A stretch of 63,926 nucleotides of DNA, the filler included, from Octopus bimaculoides (Eukaryota): NCBI RefSeq assembly GCF_001194135.2. It is 4 parts of 3 records of this genome, joined end to end, with 100 filler letters (N's around TTAATTAATTAA, not from the genome) between each part and the next. Parts side by side here need not be neighbours in the genome. Positions count along the whole stretch, not along the records: positions 14,315 to 41,920 come from NC_068990.1; 3 more parts are not named here. One strand, written 5' to 3'. Both the position numbers and the translations under genes were made by a program. The notes under the pieces were generated by a model that was given only the letters and a program-made list of their open reading frames with translations, searched no databases and had not been told where the DNA came from. Every line of letters starts with the position of its first letter. Positions within the stretch are counted from its first letter, which is position 1. This document shows, piece by piece, positions 24,954-37,272 of this stretch.

Positions 24954-25730
24954 GCTAGTAAAGAGGGCTTTGACGAGAGCCATCATCAACAACAAATGGT
25001 GGTTTGACCTTGAGAGAGCAATAAAATCAGAAGCGATTAGGTATAGCAAAGTACTAGCCATAGATAGAAACAAAGTAGATGGTGACCTAGTTAAGACGCT
25101 AGAAGAGGCGATTAGAAGTGGCATCGCATCCGACATTTTGGCGGCGAGGTTGACCTTCAACGCCAAACATAAAGGGTGTGTTGTCAGGGCTAGGATGCGT
25201 GCTCTAAGGAACGAAGATGTTGGAGCCGCGCGAGAGGCCCGGGTGGCGGAGGCGCAACAGGGCAACAAAACCACCATTCGGTCTCTGGTAGATGAACGGG
25301 GGCGCGAATTACTGGAGCCAAGTAAAATGTGTGAGGTCTTTCAATAGCATTTTGCCCGACTGTTCGGAACGAGTGGGGAGCGAGAACGCAGGGTAGACTT
25401 CAGTCTTTACCTGCACAGTCTGCCATGACTCTTGACAAGAGAGGCAGAGTGCTGCGAAGGTGCTAATTGCGGCGGCGGAAGTGCGGGACGCGATGGCAGA
25501 ATGCTCGAGGGACAAAGCGCTGGGTTTGGATGGTCTACCCTACGAGCATTACAGGTGTATGCCAGCTTGTTTGGAGACGTCTTGGCAGCAGTGTACTGCA
25601 GCTGGCAGCAAAACGGGAGCATCCCCGGTTTTGTGAGCCGAGGAGCCGTAACGCTGCTGAAGAAAGATCCAAACAAGGGGGACGTAATAGATAACTTTAG
25701 GCCCATCACTCTGCTCAATGCAGACTTGAA
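24952..25730 (+). mobile_element. L1/Tx1-type LINE ORF2 fragment (linker plus start of reverse transcriptase)
   Basis: AEVRDAMAECSRDKALGLDGLPYEHY..LFGDVLAAVY..GSIPGFVSRGAVTLLKKDPNKGDVIDNFRPITLLNADL across stops and frameshifts; GC-richer than flanks; truncated at both ends. Confidence 0.9.
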
Positions 25731-25744
25731 CGTTTTTATCTTCT

Positions 25745-25925
25745 AGCTCACGTCTGCCGTTTACAACAGTACTTGGAAGGAAGGTGTGTAGCGTGTGATC
25801 ATCGCATTGACAATGACAGAGAAAGTTGAGCAGAGAATTTGCATCAAATTTTGCCTAAAGCTTGGCGATGCCTGCTGAGAGGCCTACGCAAAGTTTTCAA
25901 ATGGTTTTCATCGCTTGAAAGGAAC
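25745..25925 (+). mobile_element. Mariner 5' fragment
   Basis: ATG at 25813: MTEKVEQRICIKFCLKLGDAC*EAYAK, the typical EQR.CIKFC.KLG mariner N-terminus. Confidence 0.8.
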
Positions 25926-26099
25926 TAAACAAATACTTGTTTTTATGACGTTAAACCTGTTTACACGCGAAACCCTCACAACACACACACACATACATTC
26001 TTTGTATTGTTCTGCATCATCCATAATGTTTTTCTTTATGTAATCCCTTTGAGGTCGATAAAGAAATTATTATTATTATCAGTAGTATCATAATTACGA

Positions 26100-26240
26100 T
26101 CTTAGTTCAAATTCCTCTGATGTGGACTTTGCCTTTCATCTTTTGGGGTCGATAAAATAATTACCAGTTGAGCACTGGGGTCGATGTAATGAACTTACCT
26201 ATCCCTCGAAATTGCTGGCTTTGTGCCAAAATTTGAAACC

Positions 26241-26245
<5 letters not shown>
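26100..26245 (+). mobile_element. SINE-A 3' two-thirds ending in (ATT)n
   Basis: ttagttcaaattcc..gactttgcctttcatc..gctggctttgtgccaaaatttgaaaccgttattatt. Confidence 0.85.
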
Positions 26246-26274
<29 letters not shown>

Positions 26275-27741
26275 TTTGTGGATTAGAAGTAAGGAGGGGG
26301 CTGAGATGTGATGAAAAGTCTGAAAATGAACAGCAAAAACAGAGAGAAAGAAAGAGAGAAACAGAGAGAGAAGGAGAGGGAAAGAAAGAAAAAGAGCGAG
26401 AGAGGGAGAGAAGGAAGGGCAGAATATTCTATTTATTTTGGAATATTGCTCTGTTGTTTTCCACCTAAAACGGTAGGTGTAGGAAGTAATGTCTATAGTG
26501 TAAGCATTCGTGTAGTTTTGCCTCTACATATCTGTGTGCGCAAGTGTGTGGGTGTATGTGTGTGTTTATGTGTATATGTACACACACCTACATAAACGTG
26601 AAAGACTATTAACTGAATTTGCCACGAATACTACTAACATTAGTGTTAGCCACAGCAATGTCACTACTGTTAAACAACTGGTTAGTCTCCTATTCAAATT
26701 CACTAATGTATTTATTCGAATCCGTATTGATATCCGTGTCAACCTCGTATTTCTCCATGAATAGATTAGCTTCAAACACTTCTGTATACAGCATAAATCG
26801 AAATAAAAAGCAAAGATAAAAAAATAATAATAATGAAATCAAAAATGACAATGAAGATTTGCCGAAGGAAACCATCTAAAATGACAACGAAGAATTACCG
26901 AAAGAAATCATCAAAAATGTTGAACAGAATCTTAGTAGTTATAGTCATGGAAGAAGAAACGGAAAGAATAACACCCAAACACTTGTAGCCGCGAACTCAA
27001 TAAGAACTTGGGTAATTGGTATAAATGGTCGACGAAAGAGCGACTGTATGGATTACATGTAAAGAATGAAAATATGCCGAAACAAATTTCACCGAGATCT
27101 TATTTATTTCAGGAGAAATCTATTACGCCCACAAATAAAATTCGTTAAATGTAAAGAGAAAGTTTATGATTGAAATGTTATTCACAAAAACTGATGACTG
27201 CAGAAATAACTGTACAGAGACATCCTTCTAGAACACAAATGCTTAGAGTAAGGAAGACTACATATCATAAGAGACATAAAGACTGGCAGCTTGTAATTTA
27301 ACTTGTAAGTTTGACTGTCAGGATCTAGTGGCTACTCTGCCCGTAGTTGTCAGAATGGCAATAGAAGTAGTCACGATCCTATTTGTATTTACGAGCTGCG
27401 AGAGAGAAGGATTAAAGACATCTGCTCCCTATGATATTTTATGAGGAAATATCATTTCGTTTCAAAAGATATCCAAACATTCTTTCTTTTATAAGTAATC
27501 TACTAATTTGACGTTACTTATACTTAATGGTATCAAGTGGGAATATTCACAACACGGTAATGTCCCTTCATTTTTGGTAAATAAACGATCACTAGTTTTG
27601 ATTCAGTCCTTACAAATGCTAGAGTACTATTTAGAAATTCGATGATGGATTTGGAAACGGAAATAAATAAGATCGTTGATCCACGAAAGACAGTTATGTG
27701 GCGACACATACCGGACTTAGACATACAAAATTATATATATA

Positions 27742-28020
27742 TTGTTGTTGTTGTTGACACTCCGTCGCTTACGACGTCGAGGGTTCCACTCGATCCGATC
27801 AACGGAACAGTCTGCTCGTGAAATTAACGTGCAAGTGGCTGAGCACTCCACAGACACGTGTACCCTTAATGTAGTTCTCGGGGATTTTCAGCGTGACACA
27901 GTGTGACAAGGCTGACCCTTTGAATTACAGGCACAACAGAAACAGGAAGTAAGAGTGAGAGAAAGTTGTGGTGAAAGAGTACAGCAGGGTTCGCCACCAC
28001 CCCCTGCCGGAGCCTCGTGG
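27742..28020 (-). mobile_element. Retroposon 3' end sharing the SINE-C1 tail, with a different upstream segment
   Basis: 27757-27930 is homologous to 35045-35222; ends in (CAA)n on minus; no tRNA head. Confidence 0.75.
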
Positions 28021-28421
28021 ATTCGAACCCGAAGAAAACAGAGTAAATTCCGCATGGACGTGGTTGGATGTTTTAGCATCGTTAGCAGGTCTTCATTTTC
28101 AATAATAACATGTAGAGTCTTAATCAATATATTTTCACTATTTCACTCTATTCCTATCTACCTTTTGTGTTTTTCTCTAGAAAAACATTATTCGAATGGA
28201 AGATTTTACTTACAAAATGTTTATATTTATACAAAAGAAACAATTTTAATTAATTTACGTGAAGTATTTAGGTTAGAAAATATAATTCTACACACAAACA
28301 AATGCAATGAAATTTCATAGATACGATAATAAGTGAAACCCAGTATCAATAATTAATACTTTAAAATTATTACAGGGAAAATAGCAGTTGTTTTCATTAG
28401 TTATGTATTATTGCAAGAAGT

Positions 28422-28727
28422 AAAGGCGGCGAGCTGGCAGAAACGTTTGACCTCGTTTGTCCCCTCTGTGTGTAGCCCCTTGTGGGCAGTAAAGAAATAA
28501 GAAACGTTAGCACGCCGGGCTAAATGCTTAGAGGTAGTTCGTCTACCGTTACGTTCTGAGTTCAAATTCCGCCGAGGTCGACTTTGCCTTTCATCCTTTC
28601 GGGGTCAATAAATTAAGTACCAGTTACGCACTGGGGTCGATGTAATCGACTTATTCTCTTTGTCTGTCCTTGTTTGTCCCCTCTATGGTTAGCCCCTCGT
28701 GGGCAATAAAGAAATGAGAAGCGTTAG
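28422..28727 (+). mobile_element. SINE-A variant with alternative tail and an internal tail copy
   Basis: Head 28422-28447, tail copy 28448-28500, GAAACGTT repeated at 28440 and 28501, body, tail 28665-28717, then GAAGCGTTAG. Confidence 0.9.
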
Positions 28728-30092
28728 TCATTCAAATCAAAATTATGGCACAGTTTCGATTAAAGTTGAACCGAATTGATCTCCTTTTAAATGTTTATTA
28801 TACCATCCACGAAACCATCGGTATCAGCAAAATTTTCAGCCGTGTTAGAAAAAAAAAGAACAAAAAAAAAGAGAAAGAAAAAACTCAAAGAAACGATATA
28901 TCTTAAGGATCTTAACGAAATTTTTAAAAAAATCAATTTTCCAATAAATGTATTGATTTGAAAAGGCACCAACATAAAATTATAAACCTTAATATTTTGT
29001 TTTCCTTTTCTTCTCATTTCTTTTATACAATTGTTATTGTTTGTTATTTTTCTTTTATCCTTCCTCAACCTCGTCGCTAGAATAAACTGAAAACATTTGT
29101 TTAGTAAATAAATACTGAAATTTCTATTGAGAACAATACCATTCAGTATCCAAGACGTATTGGAAGCAGCCTCTGAAGAAACGCTTCAGTCAATATCTTT
29201 TTTTATCATGATTGGATTTGATGTTGTTATTATGGTTCTTATTGTTACTTTTGTGTATTTAAGTAATTTATAAACACTTTCTTTCAGTCATGTATACACA
29301 GAAACCCAATGTACACAACAAAAATACCCAACGGTGGCAAAATCCAGTCAGTTTTCATTTCTTCGACCAATTTCCGACTGAGACCAAACGTGAAAAGTGC
29401 TATCTACATTTCTTTTCCCTACCTTCTGATCCCAAATCCTATCTGAAGTCTTCCTCTGTTGATTTTTCCCTTAGGGCCTGCTATGTGCATATATATACAC
29501 ATATATATATGCATATATGCATATTTATAAATATGAATTCATGCATATATATATATATATATATATANNNNNNNNNNNNNNNNNNNNNNNNNNNNNNNNN
29601 NNNNNNNNNNNNNNNNNNNNNNNNNNNNNNNNNNNNNNNNNNNNNNNNNNNNNNNNNNNNNNNNNNNNNNNNNNNNNNNNNNNNNNNNNNNNNNNNNNNN
29701 NNNNNNNNNNNNNNNNNNNNNNNNNNNNNNNNNNNNNNNNNNNNNNNNNNNNNNNNNNNNNNNNNNNNNNNNNNNNNNNNNNNNNNNNNNNNNNNNNNNN
29801 NNNNNNNNNNNNNNNNNNNNNNNNNNNNNNNNNNNNNNNNNNNNNNNNNNNNNNNNNNNNNNNNNNNNNNNNNNNNNNNNNNNNNNNNNNNNNNNNNNNN
29901 NNNNNNNNNNNNNNNNNNNNNNNNNNNNNNNNNNNNNNNNNNNNNNNNNNNNNNNNNNNNNTATATATATATATATATATATATATTTAGTTTTAGGGAA
30001 AAGAACCAAGTTTCATGAACTCATCGATGAAAATCCACTATTATCTTTATATTATCTTTATCTTATGATATTTACTTTTGAGAGGAAGAAGA

Positions 30093-30402
30093 TAATCCAT
30101 GACATCGACTCAGTACTTCACAGTTACTTATTTCATCGACTCCGAAGAGATGAAAAATAAAGTCAACCTCGGCGACTTTTGAATTCAGGACGTAGATACG
30201 GACAAAATGACGCTAAGCATTTTGCACGGCATGCTAACGATTTTGCCAGCTCACTGGCTTAATATTCATTTCAAATGTTGGTACAATGCCAGCAATTTTG
30301 GTGGAGAATACAATATGTCGATTACATCGACCCCAGTACTCAACTAGTACTAATTTTATCGATCTCGAAAGGATGAAAGGCAAAGTGGACCTCGGTGGAA
30401 TC
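30093..30402 (-). mobile_element. Two tandem SINE-A copies (30093-30260, 30268-30402)
   Basis: Both show family core and B-box or tail motifs in reverse. Confidence 0.85.
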
Positions 30403-30841
30403 TTAGAATATTCTTAACCCATAAAGCGCTGTGATTTGCACTTACATAGCATGGACTTCTGAGCACATTTTATGAAAATGAGACTACCATGCACACATAA
30501 AAAACAAAAAAAAATAGTTAAAATATCTTCTTAGTATATAATGGAGGCAAATTTTACATCATCTGAAAAGTCATTAGTTGAACTATTAGACCTCTTGCAT
30601 TCTGTGGGGTGGGGGGTATCGGTGCATTTGAGTGACATTAGACCCCAACAAACGCCCATAAATTAAATGCATCTATTTAGGCCACGATCGTGGCTTGTTT
30701 ACTTGTGCCTGACGGCCACGATCGTGACCCGTCGCGCTTTATGTGTTCAATATTGCAGTAATTAAGTTTGAAAAAAGTACAGAACAAGAAAAAAAAGAAC
30801 TTAAAATATTGCTGCTGAAGTTAGAAATTAACTGAAGGAGT

Positions 30842-30995
30842 GGTGCAGGAGTGGTTGTGTGGTAAGTAGCTTACTTACCAACCACATGGTTCCTAATTCA
30901 GTCCTACTGCGTGGCAAGTGTCTTCTACTATAACCTCGGGCTGAGCAAAGCCTTGTGAGTGGACTTGGTAGACGGAAACTGAACGAAGCCCGTCG

Positions 30996-31027
<32 letters not shown>

Positions 31028-31258
31028 TGTATGTATGTATGTATGTATGTGTGTCTGTCTGTCTGTCTGTTTGTCCCCCACCATCGCTTGAGAACCGATG
31101 TCGGTGTGTTTACGTCCCCGTAACTTAGCGATTCGGCAAAAGAGACCGTAAGTATAAGTACTAGGCTTACAAAGAATACGTTCTGGGGTCGATTGGCTCG
31201 ACTAAAAGCGATGCTCCAGCATGGCAGCAGTCAAGTGACTGAAACAAATAAAAAAAAA
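30842..31258 (+). mobile_element. SINE-B (tRNA-derived CORE-type), full length, with internal (TATG)n
   Basis: ggtgcaggagtggttgtgtggt head, ggcaagtgtcttctactat CORE-like segment, tail gctccagcatggcagcagtcaagtgactgaaaca; matches 48436-48862 and 52321-52704. Confidence 0.93.
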
Positions 31259-32314
31259 GGAATAAAGTTATTTATTTTCAATTATAGAGGAAATACTATT
31301 GCCTTCAAGTTTACACATTAAAATGTTGATATGAGAAATTTATATGTTGAAAAACAAAAGCACATACTAGCAATTGAAGCAAAATTGGCAATTATAACCC
31401 CTAAGTTTTTAATCAAAAAGCTAGAGTCAGTTTTACATTTTCCGCTCAATTTGTTCATTAGCTTTCATATTTTAAAATATTTTCTGACTGTAAATAGGAA
31501 ATATTTTATGTGATAATGCAAATATTAAAGAAATTACAGGAACTGTTAAGACCTTAGGAATGAAGGCATTTCTTGTCCAAGTTCAAATACTGCTTGACTC
31601 TTGTCTTTCATGTCTCCAAGGTTAATAAAAGAACAGTCTTGTGCAAAACTCGATTCCGTCCATTATATTCTTCCGTTACAGATGTTTCTTCCTGTTCCAA
31701 TGTAATTATTCAAAGCTATTGTATAATGGTGTGAGACTTTCAGGTGGAGCCACAGCTTTCCGATTTCGTGACACAGTTTCAATGTCCGCTTCAGTGTTTC
31801 ACTTTACTTACTCGGCGTTGCTGATCGTCGAGAAGAAATTTTAAACAGTCCCAAGTAATATTCATCCATCAAAATCTATTTAGCTTGTTGTTGTTTTTTC
31901 CTTTGGCTATGCAATTCCTACTTTTTTCCCATTTCTTTGTTTTATAGTTTGCTTGTTTTTTTTTAAATATGATGCGCAAGCTATTTCTGTCTAGTAAGAC
32001 GGCAGCGTATTTCAATTACAGATAATAGCCTGGACTATTTAGAGAGCAGAAACGCTTGTTTACTTATAAACTGGCTGTCATAAAGCATGAAGTGTGAAAT
32101 CGAACATCAATTTAAAACTGTAACATCATGCTAGAAGAGACAACGCGTTTTCATTATCTCTTTAAATTTTCCTTGGAATACAATTCCGCGTTTAAAGAAT
32201 ATAAAAATCAGCAAATGAGTAATTGGCTTTTTATCATACAAATACCATTTTTAACAGATCATCGAAAACTGCACAGCTTAACATTCGGCTTATTATGTGT
32301 TTAATATTGGTTTC

Positions 32315-32638
32315 ACATTTTAGCGCAAGGTCAGTAATTTCAGGCGAAGAGATAAGTCGATTACATCCATCTAGCGCTTGATGATTTACCGCTAAGCATT
32401 TCTCCCCGACGTTCTAACGATTTCACCAGCTCGCCGCATTATATGAGTTTCCTATTAGCTTACTATGAGTAAGATGGCGAGCTGGCAGAATCGTAAGCAC
32501 GCCGGCGTCAAAATACTTAGCGGCATTTTGTCTGTCTTTACGTTCTGAGTTCAAATTCCTCCGTGGTCGACTTCCCTTTTCACCCTTCGAATGAAAAAAA
32601 AGTGTCAGTTGAATATTGTGGGTCGATCTAATCAACGA
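32315..32638. mobile_element. Head-to-head SINE-A pair (minus 32315-32440, plus 32471-32638)
   Basis: ccagctcgccgc followed about 30 bp later by ggcgagctggcagaatcgt. Confidence 0.85.
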
Positions 32639-33624
32639 AATTGCTAATCAAGACTGCAATTATGAGCAACTTTAGATGATCTCATTAAAAGAATAAAGAA
32701 TTCTAATGGTGTGGGGAATGCTTGCAGACTGGGAGAAACATTGGCAATATGAATATCGAGATTAAAGACGACAGTGGATGTTGGACTTGGGTGAAATTGC
32801 AAACAGGAAGTCCACCGGAGTAGAGTCTACGACAGCACAGGTAGAAATTGTAGAATGAAGAAACAGCACCTCTGTGGTGGTGGGTGTGGGAAGTAGATAG
32901 AAGTATACTAATGAGTAACTTCAAACTAATCAATCAGGTAGATATATATTTTTTTATGCAGTCTATGGTGCTCGAGTGTGTAACAGATGTGTGAATACTA
33001 TTCTCTAGCAGATCTCAGTAAACACTCAGCATCTGTGGAGAGCTGGAGTATTTCAAGAATGCAGTTCTGAAGACTCGAAGGCAGTTCTGAACACTAATAT
33101 TTAATTATGTCATCTTATAGGCGTAACATTGAACGAAAGAGCTAATTCCTTATTATTAGCTTTCAGCCTTTATGAATAAAATTCCTCACCTTTCTAAATC
33201 ATTTCATCAGTTTAACATCATCAACGTGTTCAATCTTAGCTACTACTGCTAATGATGATGATATGATTAGGAAGCAATATTTAATAAGTTTAACATAAGT
33301 TTAACAATGTCCATCTGAATATTGTGAGTGAGTCGCTTGCCACGAGGCTGTTTCTCAGTAAGTATTGACTTTGATAGGAAATTACAGACAGTGATGTCAG
33401 AGTGAACAATTTTCACATTGGTGAACTCAAGTAAGAGTCTTAAAGGAAACTTGGATACCGACATAAACGATCTGATGGATACTACCGCTGCTGATAATGG
33501 TTTTAGAATTATTAATTCGGAACAACAAATTAAATATATTTCTCCTACCCAGAATACACACTTGTTTTCTTTATCAGTAGGTCTACTCTTGTAATCCACA
33601 AGTCGCACACATACACACACACTC

Positions 33625-33694
33625 ACATACATACATACATACATACATACATACATACATACATACATACATACATACATACATNNNNNNNNNN

Positions 33695-33723
<29 letters not shown>
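33625..33723. repeat. (ATAC)n, gap, (TA)n
   Basis: Directly visible. Confidence 0.95.
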
Positions 33724-33727
<4 letters not shown>

Positions 33728-33957
33728 TAAATTTATTCAAATCAATAAACCACTATATATTATTTGAGTCAATATTGGAGCCTGTATGTGTTCATTCGAC
33801 CAGCTCGTCATCAATAAGTGGCAAGCAAGATATTGGCCAAAAATTCCCCACCATATTTCCTACATTTGAATCTTTCTGACATAATACCGTTCTACCTCTT
33901 GTCATCTAAGTCGTCGCCTAGATCTCATTGCTCATCATCTTATCCATCTGGCTTGCA

Positions 33958-33993
<36 letters not shown>

Positions 33994-34006
33994 GTTATTA
34001 TTAATT

Positions 34007-34065
34007 ATTCAGTAGCTTATTTTTATCACGTGCTTTCAGTGCACTACCGAGCGCAACTCTGTGTG
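34007..34065 (-). mobile_element. R4/Dong 3' UTR tip next to an (ATT)n tract
   Basis: Reverse complement cacacagagttgcgctcggtagtgcactgaaagcacgtgataaaaataagctactgaat matches the 3' end at 59502-59560. Confidence 0.85.
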
Positions 34066-34614
34066 TAGAGAAATGTATAGCACGGTATGAAGTTCAAGGT
34101 TCGAACTTCTTTCATGTAGACTATATGTTCTATGAATTTCATTACATTATTGGATCGTAATTGTATTGTACAGTTTAGGTTGTACTACAAGATCACAAAA
34201 ATCTTGCCAGTACATAACAGTGATATGTTTTAGCCTGTGCTACATCATAGCCGTGGTGTATTTTCTATATTTTCGTTCATATATATGTAACACTCTTAAC
34301 GTTCCAACTGTTATTGGTAATATTGATATCATTGTGAGTATTTTGATATCCCTCATTGAAAGTTTTAATGAGGAATTACGATGTCTTTATTACTTGAGAC
34401 ATTTCTCGTTTCTGTTCGATATAATTCTGAAGGTTCGCCATGATCCATCTCCTTGTCAGTTAAACTGACACGTCACCGATAATTGCAGCCGAATTGTTTT
34501 CAAATATCATGTCCACGAACATTGTGATATCATATTCTACCCCTCTCTCACGTTGAGGTGCTGACATATTGCTCATATAATAACAACAACAAAAACAGCA
34601 TCATCAATAATTAT

Positions 34615-34670
<56 letters not shown>

Positions 34671-34671
<1 letters not shown>

Positions 34672-34782
34672 CAACTTCTAACCTACATGAACCTACATGA
34701 ACTTCTAACTTGTTGTCTCTTGAGGTCTCTGGGTGAGACTTGGATCCAACTTGTACAAATGCAAAGCAAAAGTCAAACATAA

Positions 34783-34783
<1 letters not shown>
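34671..34783 (+). mobile_element. Probable 3' UTR of another R4/Dong-type family embedded in (AAT)n
   Basis: 113-bp island flanked on both sides by long (AAT)n in the same polarity as the coding R4/Dong pieces; no coding evidence. Confidence 0.45.
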
Positions 34784-34853
<70 letters not shown>

Positions 34854-34873
34854 GAACACATAATGATAATGGG

Positions 34874-34905
34874 GAAAGCACGTGATAAAAATAAGACTGA
34901 ATAAT
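34874..34905 (+). mobile_element. 32-bp R4/Dong 3' tip
   Basis: gaaagcacgtgataaaaataagactgaataat matches 59529-59563 and 34007-34037 (minus). Confidence 0.75.
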
Positions 34906-35048
34906 CCTTTCTCCTATAGACACAAGGCCTGAAATTGTGGGAGAGGTGGTTAGTCGATTACATCGATCCCCCAAGTATGTAACTGGTACTTATTTCATCG
35001 ACCCCGAAAGGATGAAAGGCAAAGTCGACCTCGGTAGAATTTGAACTC
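34903..35048 (-). mobile_element. SINE-A 3' part, truncated by SINE-C1
   Basis: Tail, core and B box up to gaactc, where the SINE-C1 tail begins. Confidence 0.9.
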
Positions 35049-35364
35049 CGTCGGTGACGACGACGAAGGTTCCGGTTGATCCGATCAACAGAACAGCTTG
35101 CTCCTGAAATGGACGTGCATACGGCCGAGCACTCCACAGACGCGTGTCCCCCTAACATAGTTCTCAGAGAGATTCAGCATGACATAAGGTGTGACAAAGC
35201 TGGAACTTTGAAATTACAGGTACAACTCATTTTTGCCAGCTGAGTGGACTGGAGCAACGTGAAATGAAGTGTGTTGCTCAAGGACACAACGAGTCGCCGG
35301 GAATTGAACTCACAACCTCACGATCGTGAGCCGAATGCCCTAACCACTGAGCCACGCGCCTTCA
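35045..35364 (-). mobile_element. SINE-C1 (tRNA-derived CORE-type), full length
   Basis: Reverse complement tgaaggcgcgtggctcagtggttagggc (A box), gagttcaattccc (B box), gtgtccttgagcaacacacttcatttcacgttgctccagtccactcagctg (CORE-like). Confidence 0.93.
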
Positions 35365-35575
35365 CCGTATAACACAGTGCGAAATAGAGTTATCAAAAAT
35401 GACAGTTAATTAAAAGTAACTATCAGCAGAATTGGCATTTCAGACTTATAATTAGCTGTCAATTTAATAGAAAACATGCATACATATATTGTGTATGCGT
35501 GTTTGCATACATTTGAATACATTTGCATACATATAAATATACATATATATATACATACATATGCATATATACATG

Positions 35576-35609
<34 letters not shown>

Positions 35610-35667
35610 GGGACAAAATCCAGAATTACAGGTAAAAACTCAATTAAAATCAATTTATAAACTACTT

Positions 35668-35998
35668 CCCTTGTACCAAAATTTGAAGTAATTATCATTA
35701 TAATTATTATTAAGGCAGCAAGCTGGCAAAATCGTTAAGGACGCCGGTAGAAATGTTTAGCGGCATTTTAGGGTCGATAAATTAAGCACCAGTGAAACAC
35801 TAGGGGTCGATGTAATCGGCTAGTTTCCGCCCTCAAAATCTCGGACCTTGTGCCTTTAGTAGAAAGGATTATTATTATTGTTAAGACGGCGAGCTGCTAG
35901 AACTGTTTCAGTGTCGGACAAAATACAAAGCCATATTTCTTCAGGATCTTTTACATTCTAAATTTGAATGCTTGTGCCAAACTTTGAAGCCATTATTT
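35668..35998 (+). mobile_element. Head-to-tail cluster of three partial SINE-A copies joined by (ATT)n
   Basis: Tail 35668-35700; internally deleted copies at about 35711-35879 and 35883-35998. Confidence 0.8.
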
Positions 35999-37184
35999 GT
36001 AATAAAAACACCATCTCAATAGCCGCTACACCCGGGGGAATTCGAACGAACGGAGTAGATGCAACGATGCACCAACACCATTATTACCATTAACATCGGC
36101 CTCAAAAGCACTACTATTACAGGCATAATCAACATTACAAACGCAAGCACTTTCTAATTCTCGTTTGCTCACACACGCGCGTATACCAAAATCTAGTGCA
36201 TCACCCCAATATGAACAAAAAAGACAAAACAGAAAAGGAATCACTTACTACAAAGTCATAAACACAAACAGAGTAATGAATTACATCAGCATACAAACTC
36301 CCCAGACGACAACTTATTTCACACTAATAGCATACCGACATATAAAAATCACCCAAGTAGTAGAAGTGTGGTACCTTAGATTGGGTTTTTGAACCATAAT
36401 TTCTACTGAATATCTCCGGAGACCATTATTTAAATGGATTTAAGCTTAGCGTAAAAAGAGTTTTCTTTTCTTTGTATTGCAATAATATGTAGAAAAGTAC
36501 TGTCACTACGAACTGTCAACCGTCTCAAACGGCGAATATCAATGAGACTATCAACATAATGTTTATATATCGTAATTCAAGTCGCTTTAGTGCTGAGCTC
36601 CTATGTAAAATGTTTATGCATTAATAATTCTAAGATGTAAAAGAAACCGTAGGAACAGATTCCTTCATTCTGAAGCAGCTATGACATTACTTTTGTGACA
36701 GACAGCCATAAAAATTATATCAAACCAAATGACTTGACAGGATATCAAATCCCGATGTGGCATATCTAAAGCCTATTGATTCAGCAATGCTAACATCACA
36801 CAATGAGAAGATTCAAGATTGACCGAGTGTGTAATATGATGTCTTCTTTGCTGACCACACTTTTCTATTTCTGATGTGTTAGAAAAAAAATAAAAGGTAA
36901 GGGAAAATAAACTTGGCTGATCCAAACATATTAAAGAAGGTGGGAGAAGAAAGGGAAAGCGATAAAGAAATACGATTATGTATTTTTGCCGATTATTAGC
37001 CCCATCTTTGTGAATATGACAAAAATTTCAATATTCACATCTAATCTGTCTCATCCCCGGCCATCATTGTTCAAGAGGGATACAGAATACCAAACCACAT
37101 TTGAACAAAACATTTGCTTTTAACCTAGAAGTAGCACATGTGCCGGTGGTGTAATATATAACATTATTACACGTAGTTTAGAGT

Positions 37185-37272
37185 TACATTTTCTTAGCTC
37201 AAATCCAAGCTAGAGCAATTTACGTTGCCTTTCATCCTTTCGGGTCGATAAAATAAGCACCAGCTGAGTACT
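37185..37272 (+). mobile_element. SINE-A core fragment
   Basis: ttgcctttcatcctttcgggtcgataaaataagcaccag. Confidence 0.75.

Noticed and set aside
31805-31812. Minus-strand GTAAGTA donor-like site
   Set aside because: Weak exon-side match and no supporting acceptor or frame.
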